Of a stretch of DNA of 64,000 nt, positions 28,701 to 37,700 are shown in pieces (within the stretch, counting starts at the first letter, position 1; every line of letters starts with the position of its first letter). The DNA is taken from positions 1-64,000 of the IMG/VR virus record IMGVR_UViG_3300049781_000059; one strand, written 5' to 3'. The DNA comes from a virus (lineage: Duplodnaviria; Caudoviricetes). A model generated the notes under the pieces. That model was given only the letters and a program-made list of their open reading frames with translations. It was not told where the DNA came from and did no database searches. The translations under genes and the position numbers were made by a program.

Positions 28701-29756
28701 GAGCCACGTTCCGAGGAGCGTCGGCGGGGTGTCGCTCGTGGTGCTCACGGCCCACAGCTCGATGTACCGGTTGATGACCGTACTGTCGCCGTTGACGTCG
28801 TCGCAGCCACAGCGTTCGACGACCTGCCGGGCACTCGCCGTGTCGCCAGTCGGGCCGCAGGCGCCGATCTCGCCTTGCACGGCGTAGATGGTGGTGCCGT
28901 CGAGGGTGGTGTCCGTGACGGCGGCAGTGCCGGTGCAGGTGCGGCAGATCGTCCGGAGGAACGGCACGGCCTGTGTCTCGTCGGTCCCGGGCACGCCCGG
29001 CCCGAGGAGGGAGACGTCGTCAACGAGGGCGTCAATGAAGTCGCCGCCCACTTGATCGCTGAAACGGACCGTCATCTCGGTGTCAGTGGCGACGATCGGC
29101 GCGGGGCCGACCACGCCGTCGGCCGGCCACTGCGGGCCGCCGCTCGTTTCCACGGGGGCGACGGTCTCGGAGTAGAGGACCGCACCCGACCCGTCGACCA
29201 CCTCCACGAGGACGCTTTGGGGAGTGGTCCCGCCCGTGCCCCAGATACCGATGCGGGCCGACAGGGTGTAGGTCAGGCCGGGGGTGACGGTCACCGTCTG
29301 CTCGGCCGACCCTGCCGGGTTGTTGTCCGCTGACAGGTCGAGGAACCCAACCGACCCGTCCGGGCTGCTGGACGGGACGTATCGCGCGCCCCCGGTCAGC
29401 GTCCACCCCGAGGTGTCCGCCGCGAAGTTGCCGTTGGTGATGCGCTCGGGGGTCTCACCCGGCGTAGAGGCCGTGGTGACGTCGCACAGGAGCAGCGTCT
29501 CGCACGTGCACGAGTCGGGCGGCGGGCAGGCCTGCAGGGTGCCTTGCGGCACGTAGACGGCTCCCGTTGCGGGGTCGACGGTGCGCGTGCCGATACGGTC
29601 GCCGCTGCTGGCGTCGTAGACCGGCTCCACGAGCACGGTGGCGGCCACGGTGCCGTCGGCGAGGACGTCGCACAGAACGACCGGTTCGACGTCAACGCGC
29701 GCACTGGCCGCCGGATTACTCAACAGGACTGGCTGGCCGCAGCCGCATCCGCTCAC
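25707..29756 (-). CDS. 1349-aa modular Cys-scaffold protein with inserted carbohydrate-binding-like passenger domains
   Basis: GTG start overlapping upstream stop; repeated ExxxLCD...PFLRxICxxCDG...DTxLDG..Y...G.C units; NGNF...GW...DDVSL CBM-like insert. Confidence 0.85.
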   Translation of the reverse strand: MSGCGCGQPVLLSNPAASARVDVEPVVLCDVLADGTVAATVLVEPVYDASSGDRIGTRTVDPATGAVYVPQGTLQACPPPDSCTCETLLLCDVTTASTPGETPERITNGNFAADTSGWTLTGGARYVPSSSPDGSVGFLDLSADNNPAGSAEQTVTVTPGLTYTLSARIGIWGTGGTTPQSVLVEVVDGSGAVLYSETVAPVETSGGPQWPADGVVGPAPIVATDTEMTVRFSDQVGGDFIDALVDDVSLLGPGVPGTDETQAVPFLRTICRTCTGTAAVTDTTLDGTTIYAVQGEIGACGPTGDTASARQVVERCGCDDVNGDSTVINRYIELWAVSTTSDTPPTLLGTWLDGDFTQPYIPANPIDCPAEPDCGDTELIELCDTVPPQQPPIPTPGGGFTLTGSVYNSSGTLVFSEGQTPVNGVATGTVSSVVPGQPYEFNYQAGWNGNGGGVTPLPEAMYLLEILDGSAVIASRIENLSNGSTASGPLGFRAPLAFTAPSSGTVTIRVSDWTTNAGTTRDLLVRPETVTSTLITVVPFVRAITYGCDGLPDTTLDYLPDGVTAYQVLGTVGNCPTARDCGDCESQILCDGQSDDEATIYGANVSSGTMSNGIGWTSTSGATSSFGSPVTSEISNTDGAWWGNPESFPLTQVLPYRFTLARPTVTEFSVFFIYQASSPTANTMQLPPNVTPVFLPPGWTFDAATSRVTVGPDHGLTVAQQTALMASPDLAHSPRFRTLGPVSEFTTTWLGGRYAFQGSFRTSWTGSISTVPSVPFLRTICRDCDGEVTSVRDTTLDGSAVYTPSGVVGLCPDTSSCSDCETIVLCDDGGDDPATIRILNASTQTLSNGVVYTVRGDAAGPAGAVQSKIANADGAWWGNGEPAPNTVGTAYTIGASVPVTIEFSIHLAYDDTPGATGNCVQLPTTVEPVELPSGYTFDPVTGLLCVTAQQDQANICADMANPTRLRAARLRTTSLTTSVIVDWLGTATHDVCGVQRTLWLGAIEMTPPGQFMRRICHGCDGSVTAVIDTLMDGATSYTPRGAAVLCQPEPCCEPVQICVTPRATGEVQFVSNPEKRDDGTEADTFTWAPSGGGSDPSAVTTWYPMYNKKYPGTAWQTADSATRNNGQPNSPTAGWIAPHAGAMVVSTGLPGEGPQIANPSNWWARSSFTIPAAADLSTVKMEITTLNADQVPVRYRINDGDWVNGGGFYSTATPYKQAPVPLTGAVAGENFLYFEVNENASQPDASNGAGVIAHFILTYAVPGQASWTKMVCCSGDVYYLDQFENRHDTLPDGTRIIPCKQEQPITLCDDAGTFIRWVQDLDGTVVTRDTDLQGNDYTPLGTVRSCASA

Positions 29757-31198
29757 AGTCGTACTCCTTGCGTGTAATTGACGATGACGGTGCCGTCGGT
29801 GGCGGTGATGGTCAGGGGGCCGGTGAGGGAGGCGTCGCCGTCGTGGACGAGGCTCCACGTCGCCGTCTCGCCGTCTCGGAGGGTGCTGGTTCCGTCCGCT
29901 GTCGTGATCGCCCCGGTGCCGTCGTGCGCAATGGCGGTGACGGAGTGGATCAAAGGGGTGGAGGCGGCGTCCCAGGACTGACCCGGGGCGAGTTCCCGGC
30001 GGCGGACCTGCGCACCGAATGCCGCGGGCGCCCCCTGGTCGTCGTCGGCGTCGCAGTCCACCGGGTTCAGAGGGGTGTACGGGCCGCTGAGATCGCACAG
30101 GTAGGTGCCGAGGGTGCTGACCGTTCCCTGGCAGTCGACGCCGAGCAGCTCGATGTACCAGGTGTCGGCGATGCCGTCCCCGTCGGTGTCGTCGCAGCGG
30201 TCGGCCTGGATGATGTTCTGGGCGCCGCAGTCGCCGTCGCAGAAGCCGACGGTGCCAGCCACCGGGTACGTGCTGCCGTCTGGCGTGTAGTCGGTGTGCC
30301 CGGTGATCTGGCCGTTCTCGTCGCGGGCGTAGTCGCGGAGGAAGCGGCGCACGCTGCCGTCGGCGAGCGTGTCACACAGCACGACAAGGTCCTTCTCCGG
30401 CTGTGTGACACCGGCCGGGCAGGTCGTGATCTCGCCTTGTGGTGTGTACGTCTGGCCGGTAGCGGCGTTGATGAGGCGCACCCCGGATACGCTGCCGTCC
30501 GAGTTGTACGTGTACTCGATCAGGACGAGCCCGAATACGGTGCCGCTGGCAGGGTCGATGTCGCAGAACGTGCCGCCAGTCGACACGCTGCGCGGTTCAC
30601 CGCACGCGACCGTGCCCACTGGCGGCTGCCCGGCCGAGAAGACACCGCTGACCAGGTTCACCCAGCCTTCTTGCCGAACGATGCCGTCGCAGTCGCGGGT
30701 GACGATGGCCGCGATGGGGGTGCCGTCGGCGAGGCACAGGCCGAGCGTCGCCAGCGGCGCCCGCTGATCGGCGCAGTCGGAGCCGCCGTCGCAGGAGCGG
30801 ACGTCGCCGACGACGAGGTGCGGTGTCTCCCCGTCGACTTCCACGTCGACGTAGGCGGCGGTGCCGTCGGACAGGAACGTGAACTTCCGCAGGAACGGGC
30901 GGCCGGAGTCGTCGCAGAGCATCTCGGTGTGGCACTGCATCGTGCCCTGCTCGCAGTCGACCGGTGCGACCGGCGTGTACGGCGTCGACGGGTCGTCCTG
31001 GTAGATGACGACGAGTTGGCTCGTGCCGTCCTGCTTGATGCACCACAGTTCGCTGTAGGTGGTGTCGGGCTGGCCGTCGCCGTTGGTGTCGTCGCAGCGC
31101 AGGACACACGTGGTGGTGACGCACGTCGGCGGGCACTCGCATTCCCCGCCGCCGCCTCCCCCGGCGCCGCAGGTGCAGCCGCTGTAGGAGATGGCCAT
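29753..31198 (-). CDS. 481-aa Cys-scaffold repeat protein (no passengers)
   Basis: Same LCD/FLR/Y..G..C and RCDDxxGD...ELW...PYxPxxPxDC units as the neighbour. Confidence 0.85.
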   Translation of the reverse strand: MAISYSGCTCGAGGGGGGECECPPTCVTTTCVLRCDDTNGDGQPDTTYSELWCIKQDGTSQLVVIYQDDPSTPYTPVAPVDCEQGTMQCHTEMLCDDSGRPFLRKFTFLSDGTAAYVDVEVDGETPHLVVGDVRSCDGGSDCADQRAPLATLGLCLADGTPIAAIVTRDCDGIVRQEGWVNLVSGVFSAGQPPVGTVACGEPRSVSTGGTFCDIDPASGTVFGLVLIEYTYNSDGSVSGVRLINAATGQTYTPQGEITTCPAGVTQPEKDLVVLCDTLADGSVRRFLRDYARDENGQITGHTDYTPDGSTYPVAGTVGFCDGDCGAQNIIQADRCDDTDGDGIADTWYIELLGVDCQGTVSTLGTYLCDLSGPYTPLNPVDCDADDDQGAPAAFGAQVRRRELAPGQSWDAASTPLIHSVTAIAHDGTGAITTADGTSTLRDGETATWSLVHDGDASLTGPLTITATDGTVIVNYTQGVRL

Positions 31199-31596
31199 CA
31201 GCTATCCCCCTTGGGGTGGGCTTGGCGGCGGTGGGTGTTCCGGCCGCGTTCGGTGGGGAAGGTGCGCGGGCACAGATCGCAGGCGTAGACGCCGCTGCCG
31301 TCGTCGTCGGGGGTGGGTGCGTCCTCGAGCGGCGCGAAGTCCGGGGCGGGAGCGTTCGGGGTGAACGCCTCTTCGGTGGCCACGCCCAGCAGGTCCCGGC
31401 CCTCGTCGTCCTGGGGTGACACGTACCGGTGCCCGTCGACGAGCGACCCGATCAGCAGCTCTTCCGGCATGTGCGTGAACATGCCTGGGGGGACGGCGAA
31501 CTCGCTGTGGGAGCACGTCTCGACCTGCGGGCTCTGGGCGGTCGCCCACCGGGCGAATGCCGCCCGCCGGTCAGGCGCGGGCCGCACTTTGATCAT
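31198..31596 (-). CDS. hypothetical protein with C-terminal C2H2 zinc finger
   Basis: YACDLCPRTFPTERGRNTHRRQAH. Confidence 0.7.
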   Translation of the reverse strand: MIKVRPAPDRRAAFARWATAQSPQVETCSHSEFAVPPGMFTHMPEELLIGSLVDGHRYVSPQDDEGRDLLGVATEEAFTPNAPAPDFAPLEDAPTPDDDGSGVYACDLCPRTFPTERGRNTHRRQAHPKGDS

Positions 31597-31598
31597 CG

Positions 31599-32435
31599 TC
31601 AGCAGCACGTCGAGATCCTCACTGCCGCCGCCTCACAGCACGCCACCTCGATCACAGAAGTGCGCTCGGCGAGGACGTACCGGTCATTCAGGCGGGTATC
31701 GATACTCCCGGCCTCGGTGGGCGGGTTGATGTCGAGCGGCCCGCGGCGCACCCGGACCGGGCCCGTCACGTACAGCCACGCCTCCCCGTCGGCGGGCGCC
31801 ATGCACGTGGCGCCGCCCACGTTCGTGGCGTACCCGGCGCCGAAGACGACGCCGTTGCCCATGAGGGTCTCCGGGCATTGGGTGTCGCGGGTGCGGGTGG
31901 CGATGTTGCAGCAGCCGAGCAGTGCCGCCGCCCCGGCAGGAATGTGCAGGATGCCTTCGCCGCCGTACTGCTCGGCCAGCCAGCCTTCGAGCGCGGCGAC
32001 GCCCTGCGCGGCCGGGAGCGCCCCCGAGCCGGGGGTGAGGTCGTTGCCTTCGGCCATCGTGCACAGGGCGTTCAGCATGAACCAGGATTCGAGGGCGCGC
32101 TGCTCGCCCATGCGGAGGGTTTCCGCAGCATGCTCTACGGCCTCGTCGTAGGTCATGCCGAACGTGGAGCACGTCGACCCGGCATACACGGTCACCGGGT
32201 CGAACTCGCACACCCCGGGCCGGTCGAAGATCTTCGATGCCGGGTTCGGCACGGTCGGGGGCGGACAGTCCCGCTCCCACGTGTGCGTTTCAGCGCACGA
32301 CAGCGGCACGAACTGGGTGCCGTTCAGTTCGTGCATGTCGGTAACGTCTACGACCTCTACGCACCCGCCGAGGAGGCCGTAGGGGCTGGGATTGCCACGG
32401 ATGGGGTCTACGGTTTTGCGCATCCCTGCCGCCAT
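31599..32435 (-). CDS. second capsid-like protein (putative major capsid pentamer protein)
   Basis: Follows MCP; PYGLLG, F.PVTVYAG..C, GEQRALE, V.ALEGWL, GN.VVFGAGY, AERT pattern recalled from cluster-B pentamer proteins. Confidence 0.65.
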   Translation of the reverse strand: MAAGMRKTVDPIRGNPSPYGLLGGCVEVVDVTDMHELNGTQFVPLSCAETHTWERDCPPPTVPNPASKIFDRPGVCEFDPVTVYAGSTCSTFGMTYDEAVEHAAETLRMGEQRALESWFMLNALCTMAEGNDLTPGSGALPAAQGVAALEGWLAEQYGGEGILHIPAGAAALLGCCNIATRTRDTQCPETLMGNGVVFGAGYATNVGGATCMAPADGEAWLYVTGPVRVRRGPLDINPPTEAGSIDTRLNDRYVLAERTSVIEVACCEAAAVRISTCC

Positions 32436-32460
32436 CTGCCTCACGCCCTCTCAAGTCCGG

Positions 32461-32495
32461 GTGCAGCCCCGGCCGGCAGATGGCCGGGGCTGCAC
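32461..32495 (-). terminator. stem-loop after major capsid gene
   Basis: GTGCAGCCCCGGCC / GGCCGGGGCTGCAC perfect 14-bp stem. Confidence 0.7.
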
Positions 32496-32506
32496 GCACG
32501 GGTAGG

Positions 32507-34153
32507 TCAGGCGACGGGGCAGGCGGCCGTGGCGCGCGGTCCGACAGAGCCGTCAGCGCAGACCGGGATGGTGATGGCTCGCGCCTGCGGCCCGCGGTAG
32601 ATGAGGGCGTTGCAGGACTCGAAGAACAGGGCGGTCATGTCGTTGGTGCGGAGCAGGGTGCTGTCGTGGATGACCCCGAGGTTGATCTCCGGGCCGCGGC
32701 CCATCTGGAACGCGCCGGCCGGGTAGAGCAGGGCCTGCATGGTGGCTGGCCAGGCGGTGGCGGGGGTGGTGCCGCCGATGTTGGCGGGGACGGCCGGGGG
32801 GAGGCCCTTGACCCACTGGACGCGGACGCCGAGGTCGGCGAACGCGTTCTCGACGCAGTTCTGGTTGAGGGTGCAGACGTCGACGCCGTCGCGGCGGGCG
32901 ATGTCGGCGAGGAACATGTTCTTCGCCCAGTACGGCAGGACCAGCTCGAGGCCGATCCGCTCGCAGAGGCTGAACCGTTCGGTCATGTCGGCGATCTGCA
33001 GGGCGAGCGCCCCGTACACGGCGGAGAACGACGCGAACGACGGTGCGGTGGTCACTGCGGTGGCCTTGGTGAGGGCCTGCTGGTACATGGCGGCCTTGAG
33101 ACGCATCTCGTAGGCGACCATGGCACGCCGGATGTAGAAGGCGTTCAGCTCGGGGAAGAACCGCTGGGAGAGGATGCCGGCCTGGATGCAGGCGCCGTAG
33201 GCGGTGCAGCGGACTTCGACCGGGTCCACACAGGGGATCTTGAAGCAGGGCTTCGTCGGGTCGCCGTCGACCGCGCTGATGTCGTCGGCTTCGGTCCAGA
33301 TCCACGACATCGCGGTGACGTCCAGCTCGGGCGTCATGTAGTAGCGCAGGCCACCACGCGACAGGTTGAGCTCGGGCAGGTCCCACAGGTTGTCGGGACA
33401 CGAGATCTCGGTGAAGTCGTACACCGTCTCGGAGGGGGCGCACCAGCCGCCGGATGCGACGAGGTCGCCGCCCTTGAGGCGCCGCTGGTCGGCGGCCTTG
33501 AGGACCTTGGTGGTGCCCTCTTCCGGGGAGCCCGCATCGTTGATGATCAGGTCCTGCGGGAACGGCAGCTGGTAGGACGCGGCGAGGGCCTTGCCGCCGT
33601 TCGCGACCAGGTTCGCGACCTTGGTGACGGACTCGGTCAGCCCCTCCATGTTCAGCGGGGCGCCCAGGGTGGCGCCGGGGACCTCGGCGGAGGCGACGAT
33701 CGTGACGGCCGGGGTGCCGGAGTTCGGCATCGGCTGCCGCGGCTGCCGCTCACGCACGGTCGCCAGGCTGATGATCGGGCGGCGCACGACAGCAGAGGAC
33801 GCGGCGACTTCCTCGACGGCCGGCTCTTCCGCTTCGGCGGCCGGCTCCTCCTCGTCGACGGCCACGGTCTCGTCGCTGTCGCTGTCGGTGGCGGTGTCTT
33901 CGCCGAGTACCTGCACGGCGAGTTCGTCGAGTTCGGCGACGGCGGCCTGTGCGGCTTCGACGCGGGTGGCCTGCTCGCTGCGCAGGGCTTCGATGCCGGT
34001 GGCCAGCTCGCGCAGGGCGGGCAGGTCGTCGGTGGTGAGGTTCGGGTCGGCACGCCGGGCCTGGAATGCCTCGGTCGCCTGGGTGATGTGAGCGTCGAGG
34101 TCCTCGGCGCTCAGGCTGCTGAAGTCTGTGGGGAGCTCGTAAGGCTCGGCCAT
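32507..34153 (-). CDS. major capsid (hexamer) protein with N-terminal scaffold-like domain
   Basis: LVASGGWCAPSETVYDF, LPELNLSRGGL, KPCFKIPC, RFFPEL as in cluster-B MCPs; acidic coiled-coil N-terminus. Confidence 0.9.
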   Translation of the reverse strand: MAEPYELPTDFSSLSAEDLDAHITQATEAFQARRADPNLTTDDLPALRELATGIEALRSEQATRVEAAQAAVAELDELAVQVLGEDTATDSDSDETVAVDEEEPAAEAEEPAVEEVAASSAVVRRPIISLATVRERQPRQPMPNSGTPAVTIVASAEVPGATLGAPLNMEGLTESVTKVANLVANGGKALAASYQLPFPQDLIINDAGSPEEGTTKVLKAADQRRLKGGDLVASGGWCAPSETVYDFTEISCPDNLWDLPELNLSRGGLRYYMTPELDVTAMSWIWTEADDISAVDGDPTKPCFKIPCVDPVEVRCTAYGACIQAGILSQRFFPELNAFYIRRAMVAYEMRLKAAMYQQALTKATAVTTAPSFASFSAVYGALALQIADMTERFSLCERIGLELVLPYWAKNMFLADIARRDGVDVCTLNQNCVENAFADLGVRVQWVKGLPPAVPANIGGTTPATAWPATMQALLYPAGAFQMGRGPEINLGVIHDSTLLRTNDMTALFFESCNALIYRGPQARAITIPVCADGSVGPRATAACPVA

Positions 34154-34180
34154 GACCGTGTCTCCTGTGACTGCTAGGAG

Positions 34181-34214
34181 ACCCGGCCCACAACCAGCGG
34201 TCGAAAGAATCTTA
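34181..34214 (-). promoter_or_regulatory. late-gene leader motif copy 8 (TAAGAT-N10-GCTGGTTGTGGGCCGGGT)
   Basis: 28 nt upstream of the MCP start. Confidence 0.8.
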
Positions 34215-34221
34215 GCTGTAT

Positions 34222-34252
34222 GGGCGGCTGTGGGGTGGGGCCACAGCCGCCC
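34222..34252 (-). terminator. stem-loop upstream of the MCP promoter
   Basis: GGGCGGCTGTGG / CCACAGCCGCCC 12-bp stem. Confidence 0.65.
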
Positions 34253-34261
34253 GTGCAGCGG

Positions 34262-34573
34262 TTAGCGGGACTTGCGCTTGCGTGGGGCGGGGGCGTCGCT
34301 GGAGTTCGGGGCGGTGGCCGTGTGGTCGGTGCCCGGTTCACCGTCGGTCTCGGTGGTGTCTGCTGCCTCCAGGGTGGCGGCCGGGGCCGCGTCCGGGTCC
34401 GGGGGGACCAGGGTGCTGCCGGGGTAGTTGTCGCGGACGCGCCGCGCGAGGGGCAGGTCGTGTGTCTGGAACGCGGTCCGGCCGTTGCCGCCGTCGAGTA
34501 CGACCTGGTAGAGGGTTCGGGCGACTGTTCCGCTGCGCGCCAGGGTGCGTGACGAGCAGGCGCCGCACGCCAT
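34262..34573 (-). CDS. hypothetical head-region protein (MACGAC...)
   Basis: TGATG coupling to the upstream small gene. Confidence 0.6.
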   Translation of the reverse strand: MACGACSSRTLARSGTVARTLYQVVLDGGNGRTAFQTHDLPLARRVRDNYPGSTLVPPDPDAAPAATLEAADTTETDGEPGTDHTATAPNSSDAPAPRKRKSR

Positions 34574-34728
34574 CAGGCGCCGCCCTTCGCGACCTCGCGG
34601 ACCTCGCCCTGGTGGCGGACTGCCATGGCGTCGGCAGTCGTCTTGTACGGGGTCGGCCCGAACACGCGGGTGCCGTCCTTGACGACCTCGTACTGGATCC
34701 GGTTCTTGGAACCACAGTTGCAGCCCAC
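34573..34728 (-). CDS. small MGCNCG-type head-region protein (51 aa, not in ORF track)
   Basis: GTG start with AGGAG RBS; MGCNCGSKNRIQYEVVKDGTRVFGPTPYKTTADAMAVRHQGEVREVAKGGA. Confidence 0.7.
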   Translation of the reverse strand: MGCNCGSKNRIQYEVVKDGTRVFGPTPYKTTADAMAVRHQGEVREVAKGGA

Positions 34729-34730
34729 GG

Positions 34731-37700
34731 TCAGGCTCCTTCCTGCTGCGGTGCAGCACTGGCGGTCAGGGCGAGGCTGGTCGGTTCGACCAGTGCTGAG
34801 AGGGCTTCGAGTTCGGCGCGTACCTGGGCGCGTTCGGTCTGCCGCTGTGCGAAGGCGTCAGCGAACCGGTCAAGGAACGCGGGGCTGATCAACAGGTCGG
34901 AGGCAGCCTGCACGACATCGGTGACGGGAGCGGTGTCAGGTGCGCGCCCGTGCGAGGGTTCGGGTTCACCGGCCTGTTCGGGGACCGTCTCGTGCTCGGT
35001 GTCGAGTGTCGCAGCGGCAGCGGTGAGCGCGAGGTTGGATCGCTCGACAACCGCGGTCGCTGCCAGATGCGCGGCGGCGGCAAGCCGGTACTCCGGATTG
35101 AGCGGCGAAGAGTGACCAGGCACCGGCACGGACAGCACCGCCCGCAACTGCCAGCGGCCGTCGCCTGCCTGCGTCATGTGATAGCTGGGCTGGCAGGCAC
35201 GGAACACAGACAGGTCCCAGGACGACAACCAGGGTGCTGCGGCGCCGGAGAACCACATGCCGCCGCTGTTCATGCCGACGGTGACGATCCCTGCAACGGT
35301 CCGGGTGTCGTCGAACTGGCAGCTGGCGGTTTCGCATTCGGCGCCGTCGCGGTGGTGGCCGACGTTCATGGTGATCGCGCCGACTGCGATCTCCGAGCCG
35401 TCGTCGAGGGCGAACCGGGCGCGCAGGAAGTGGCTGGTGTCGATCTGCCCCAGCTTGTCGATCATCACCTTGCGGCCGTGGACGGCATGCGGCACACCGG
35501 CCTGAGCGACCCAGCCGTAGATTCGTCCGTCCTTGTAGTGGACGCCGCCACTGCCGGACGGGAGTTCCTCCTCGGTCGGTTCGGTGAACCAGTCGGCGGG
35601 CATCGGATCCGACTGCTGCATGACCTGCCAGGCGGAGGCTTCCAGCTCACTCATGTCGTCGCCGTCGCTGCTGTCGTCGCCCCACGGGGGCTGGATGCTC
35701 GAGTCGTCGAACGCCGTGGCCAGGCTTTCGTACAGGTCATCGACGCGTTCGCGGATCTGCTCCTGCTCGTCCTCGGGAATGTCGACGCCGCCACGCGCCC
35801 CGGACAGGGCACCGGCGACGGCGTACACGCCACTCGCGACAACCTCCAGCCGCTGGCCGTCACCAGTGTCGAAGACGTCGGCGAAGCCCAGCTTGTACGC
35901 GGCGAGAGTCGCTGGATCGGCGTCCGGATCGCGGTAGAGGAACGCCCGGCCGAGCCCGTCGGCATCGACCGTTCCGTCGTCGGCGGTGGCCCAGTCGAGG
36001 ACGCGGGAGGCTGCGGCGTCGCCGTCCCACTCGACGTCACGGTCGGCATGCACCGGCAGCTCAAGGTCACCGGAGGCCGCCGCTACCATCTCCCCCTCCG
36101 GGATCGACGACGGAGCGGTGTACAGGCCACGGCCGATACGCAGAACCCGGCCCTCACGGACGGCGGTGCGCAGGTGCCGTTTCGTCGTCGACACGGTCAG
36201 GCCGAGGGCTTCGGCGACCTCGCGGGCGCCGACCGGTACCGGTGATGTGCAGACGTGTCCGATGACCCGCTCAAGGTCGTCGCCCGCAGCCGCGGCCACT
36301 TCCGTGACCGGCTCTTCCTCGTTGGCCGGCTGCTCGGCGGTGGGGTCGGCGTCGAGGACGATGCGGGCCTTGTCGTAGGCAGGCATCGCGACGAGGGTGG
36401 CGCCGCGGACACGGGCGCGGGTGATGCGGATCAGGTAGTCGCCAGCGTGCTCGGTGTGGACGACGGTGCCCGACTGAGGGTTGTCGGGGTCACCGGCCGC
36501 AGCGGTGAGCGCGCCGGGAAACAGGGTGCGGGCGGTGGTGGCGGGGATGCGTCCGCCGGGCCCGGAGATGATGGACGTTGTCCGGGTGCTGCGCTGCATT
36601 GCGGCGCCGGAGGCGGTCCACTCGGGGGCACTGCTGGCAGTGATCATCCACGCGCCGTCGCCCAGCGACAGGACGGATGCGCGGGCATAGGAGGCTGCGG
36701 CGAGGACAAGGTCGTCGTCCTCGCCCTCGACTTCTTCGCCGCTCGTGTTGTCGCGGAGTTCGATGTCGACGTCGTCGAGGTCGACGGACACGCCGAGCGG
36801 GGCGCCCTGCCGGAGCAGCATCGCCGCCTCAGCACCTGCACGCTGCATCAGGTACAGGACACCGGAGCCGGTGAGGCGCGGGCCGTCGACGCTCATCTCC
36901 TGGATGGCGCCAGCGAGTTCCGCACCGTCGTGGCCGGCTCCCATCTCGTCGGCGTACTGCAGGGGCCAGGGCCCGCCCTCCCAGTAGAGGGAGCCTTCGG
37001 CGAAGACTCTGCCGTCACCGGTCTGCTGCCCGATGAATGCGAGGGCGGCGTCACCGGGGGTGGACCACGTGAGGATGGGTGGCGGGCCGTCCGCCGCGGC
37101 GGCGGTGGTGTGGGATTCGCGCACAGAGCTTCCCTCTCCTGCTGGGCTGGTGGCGTCTCTCTGCTCGGTGCCGGCTCGTGCGAGGGCGAGGACGCATCGG
37201 CAGTTGACGGTGAGAGCGGGCGGGGCGGTGGGGTCGCCGGGGTATGCCATGTCGGTGCCGTCGACGGTGAAGGGGTCGTCGAGGAGTTGCAGTTGGGCGT
37301 CGGTGTCGGCGTGCGCGTCGCGGACACGCTGGTCGTGGCGGGTGATCCACTGTTTGACGAGGGGCCGGTCCGGGCCGGACAGGTCGCGGGCGGCGGCGAG
37401 CGTGGCCGCGTTCCAGGCGCGGGTGGCTTCGGTGCGGGCGATGCGTTCCTCGCGGGTCTCCCCCAGCTGAGTGCCGTCGGCGGCGAACAGGGCCCGCAGT
37501 CGGGCGCGGAGGGCTTCGGTGTCTTCGCCTGCATCCAGGCCCTCAACCAGGGCGGCAACAGCGGCTTCGGTGAGCCGGTCACCGACGGCGCGCAGCAGGT
37601 GCTCGGTCTGCTCGGCGTAGTCGCCCAGGGCTGGCGGGAGGGTGTCGTCGTCGTACCGGCTAGGCAGATCATCCCAGCCGTCGGGCAGCTCGACGTCGAC

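Noticed and set aside
25110-29333. 1407-aa plus-strand ORF
   Set aside because: Antisense shadow of the modular structural gene; Arg/Gly/Val-rich with no motifs, typical of high-GC opposite-strand ORFs
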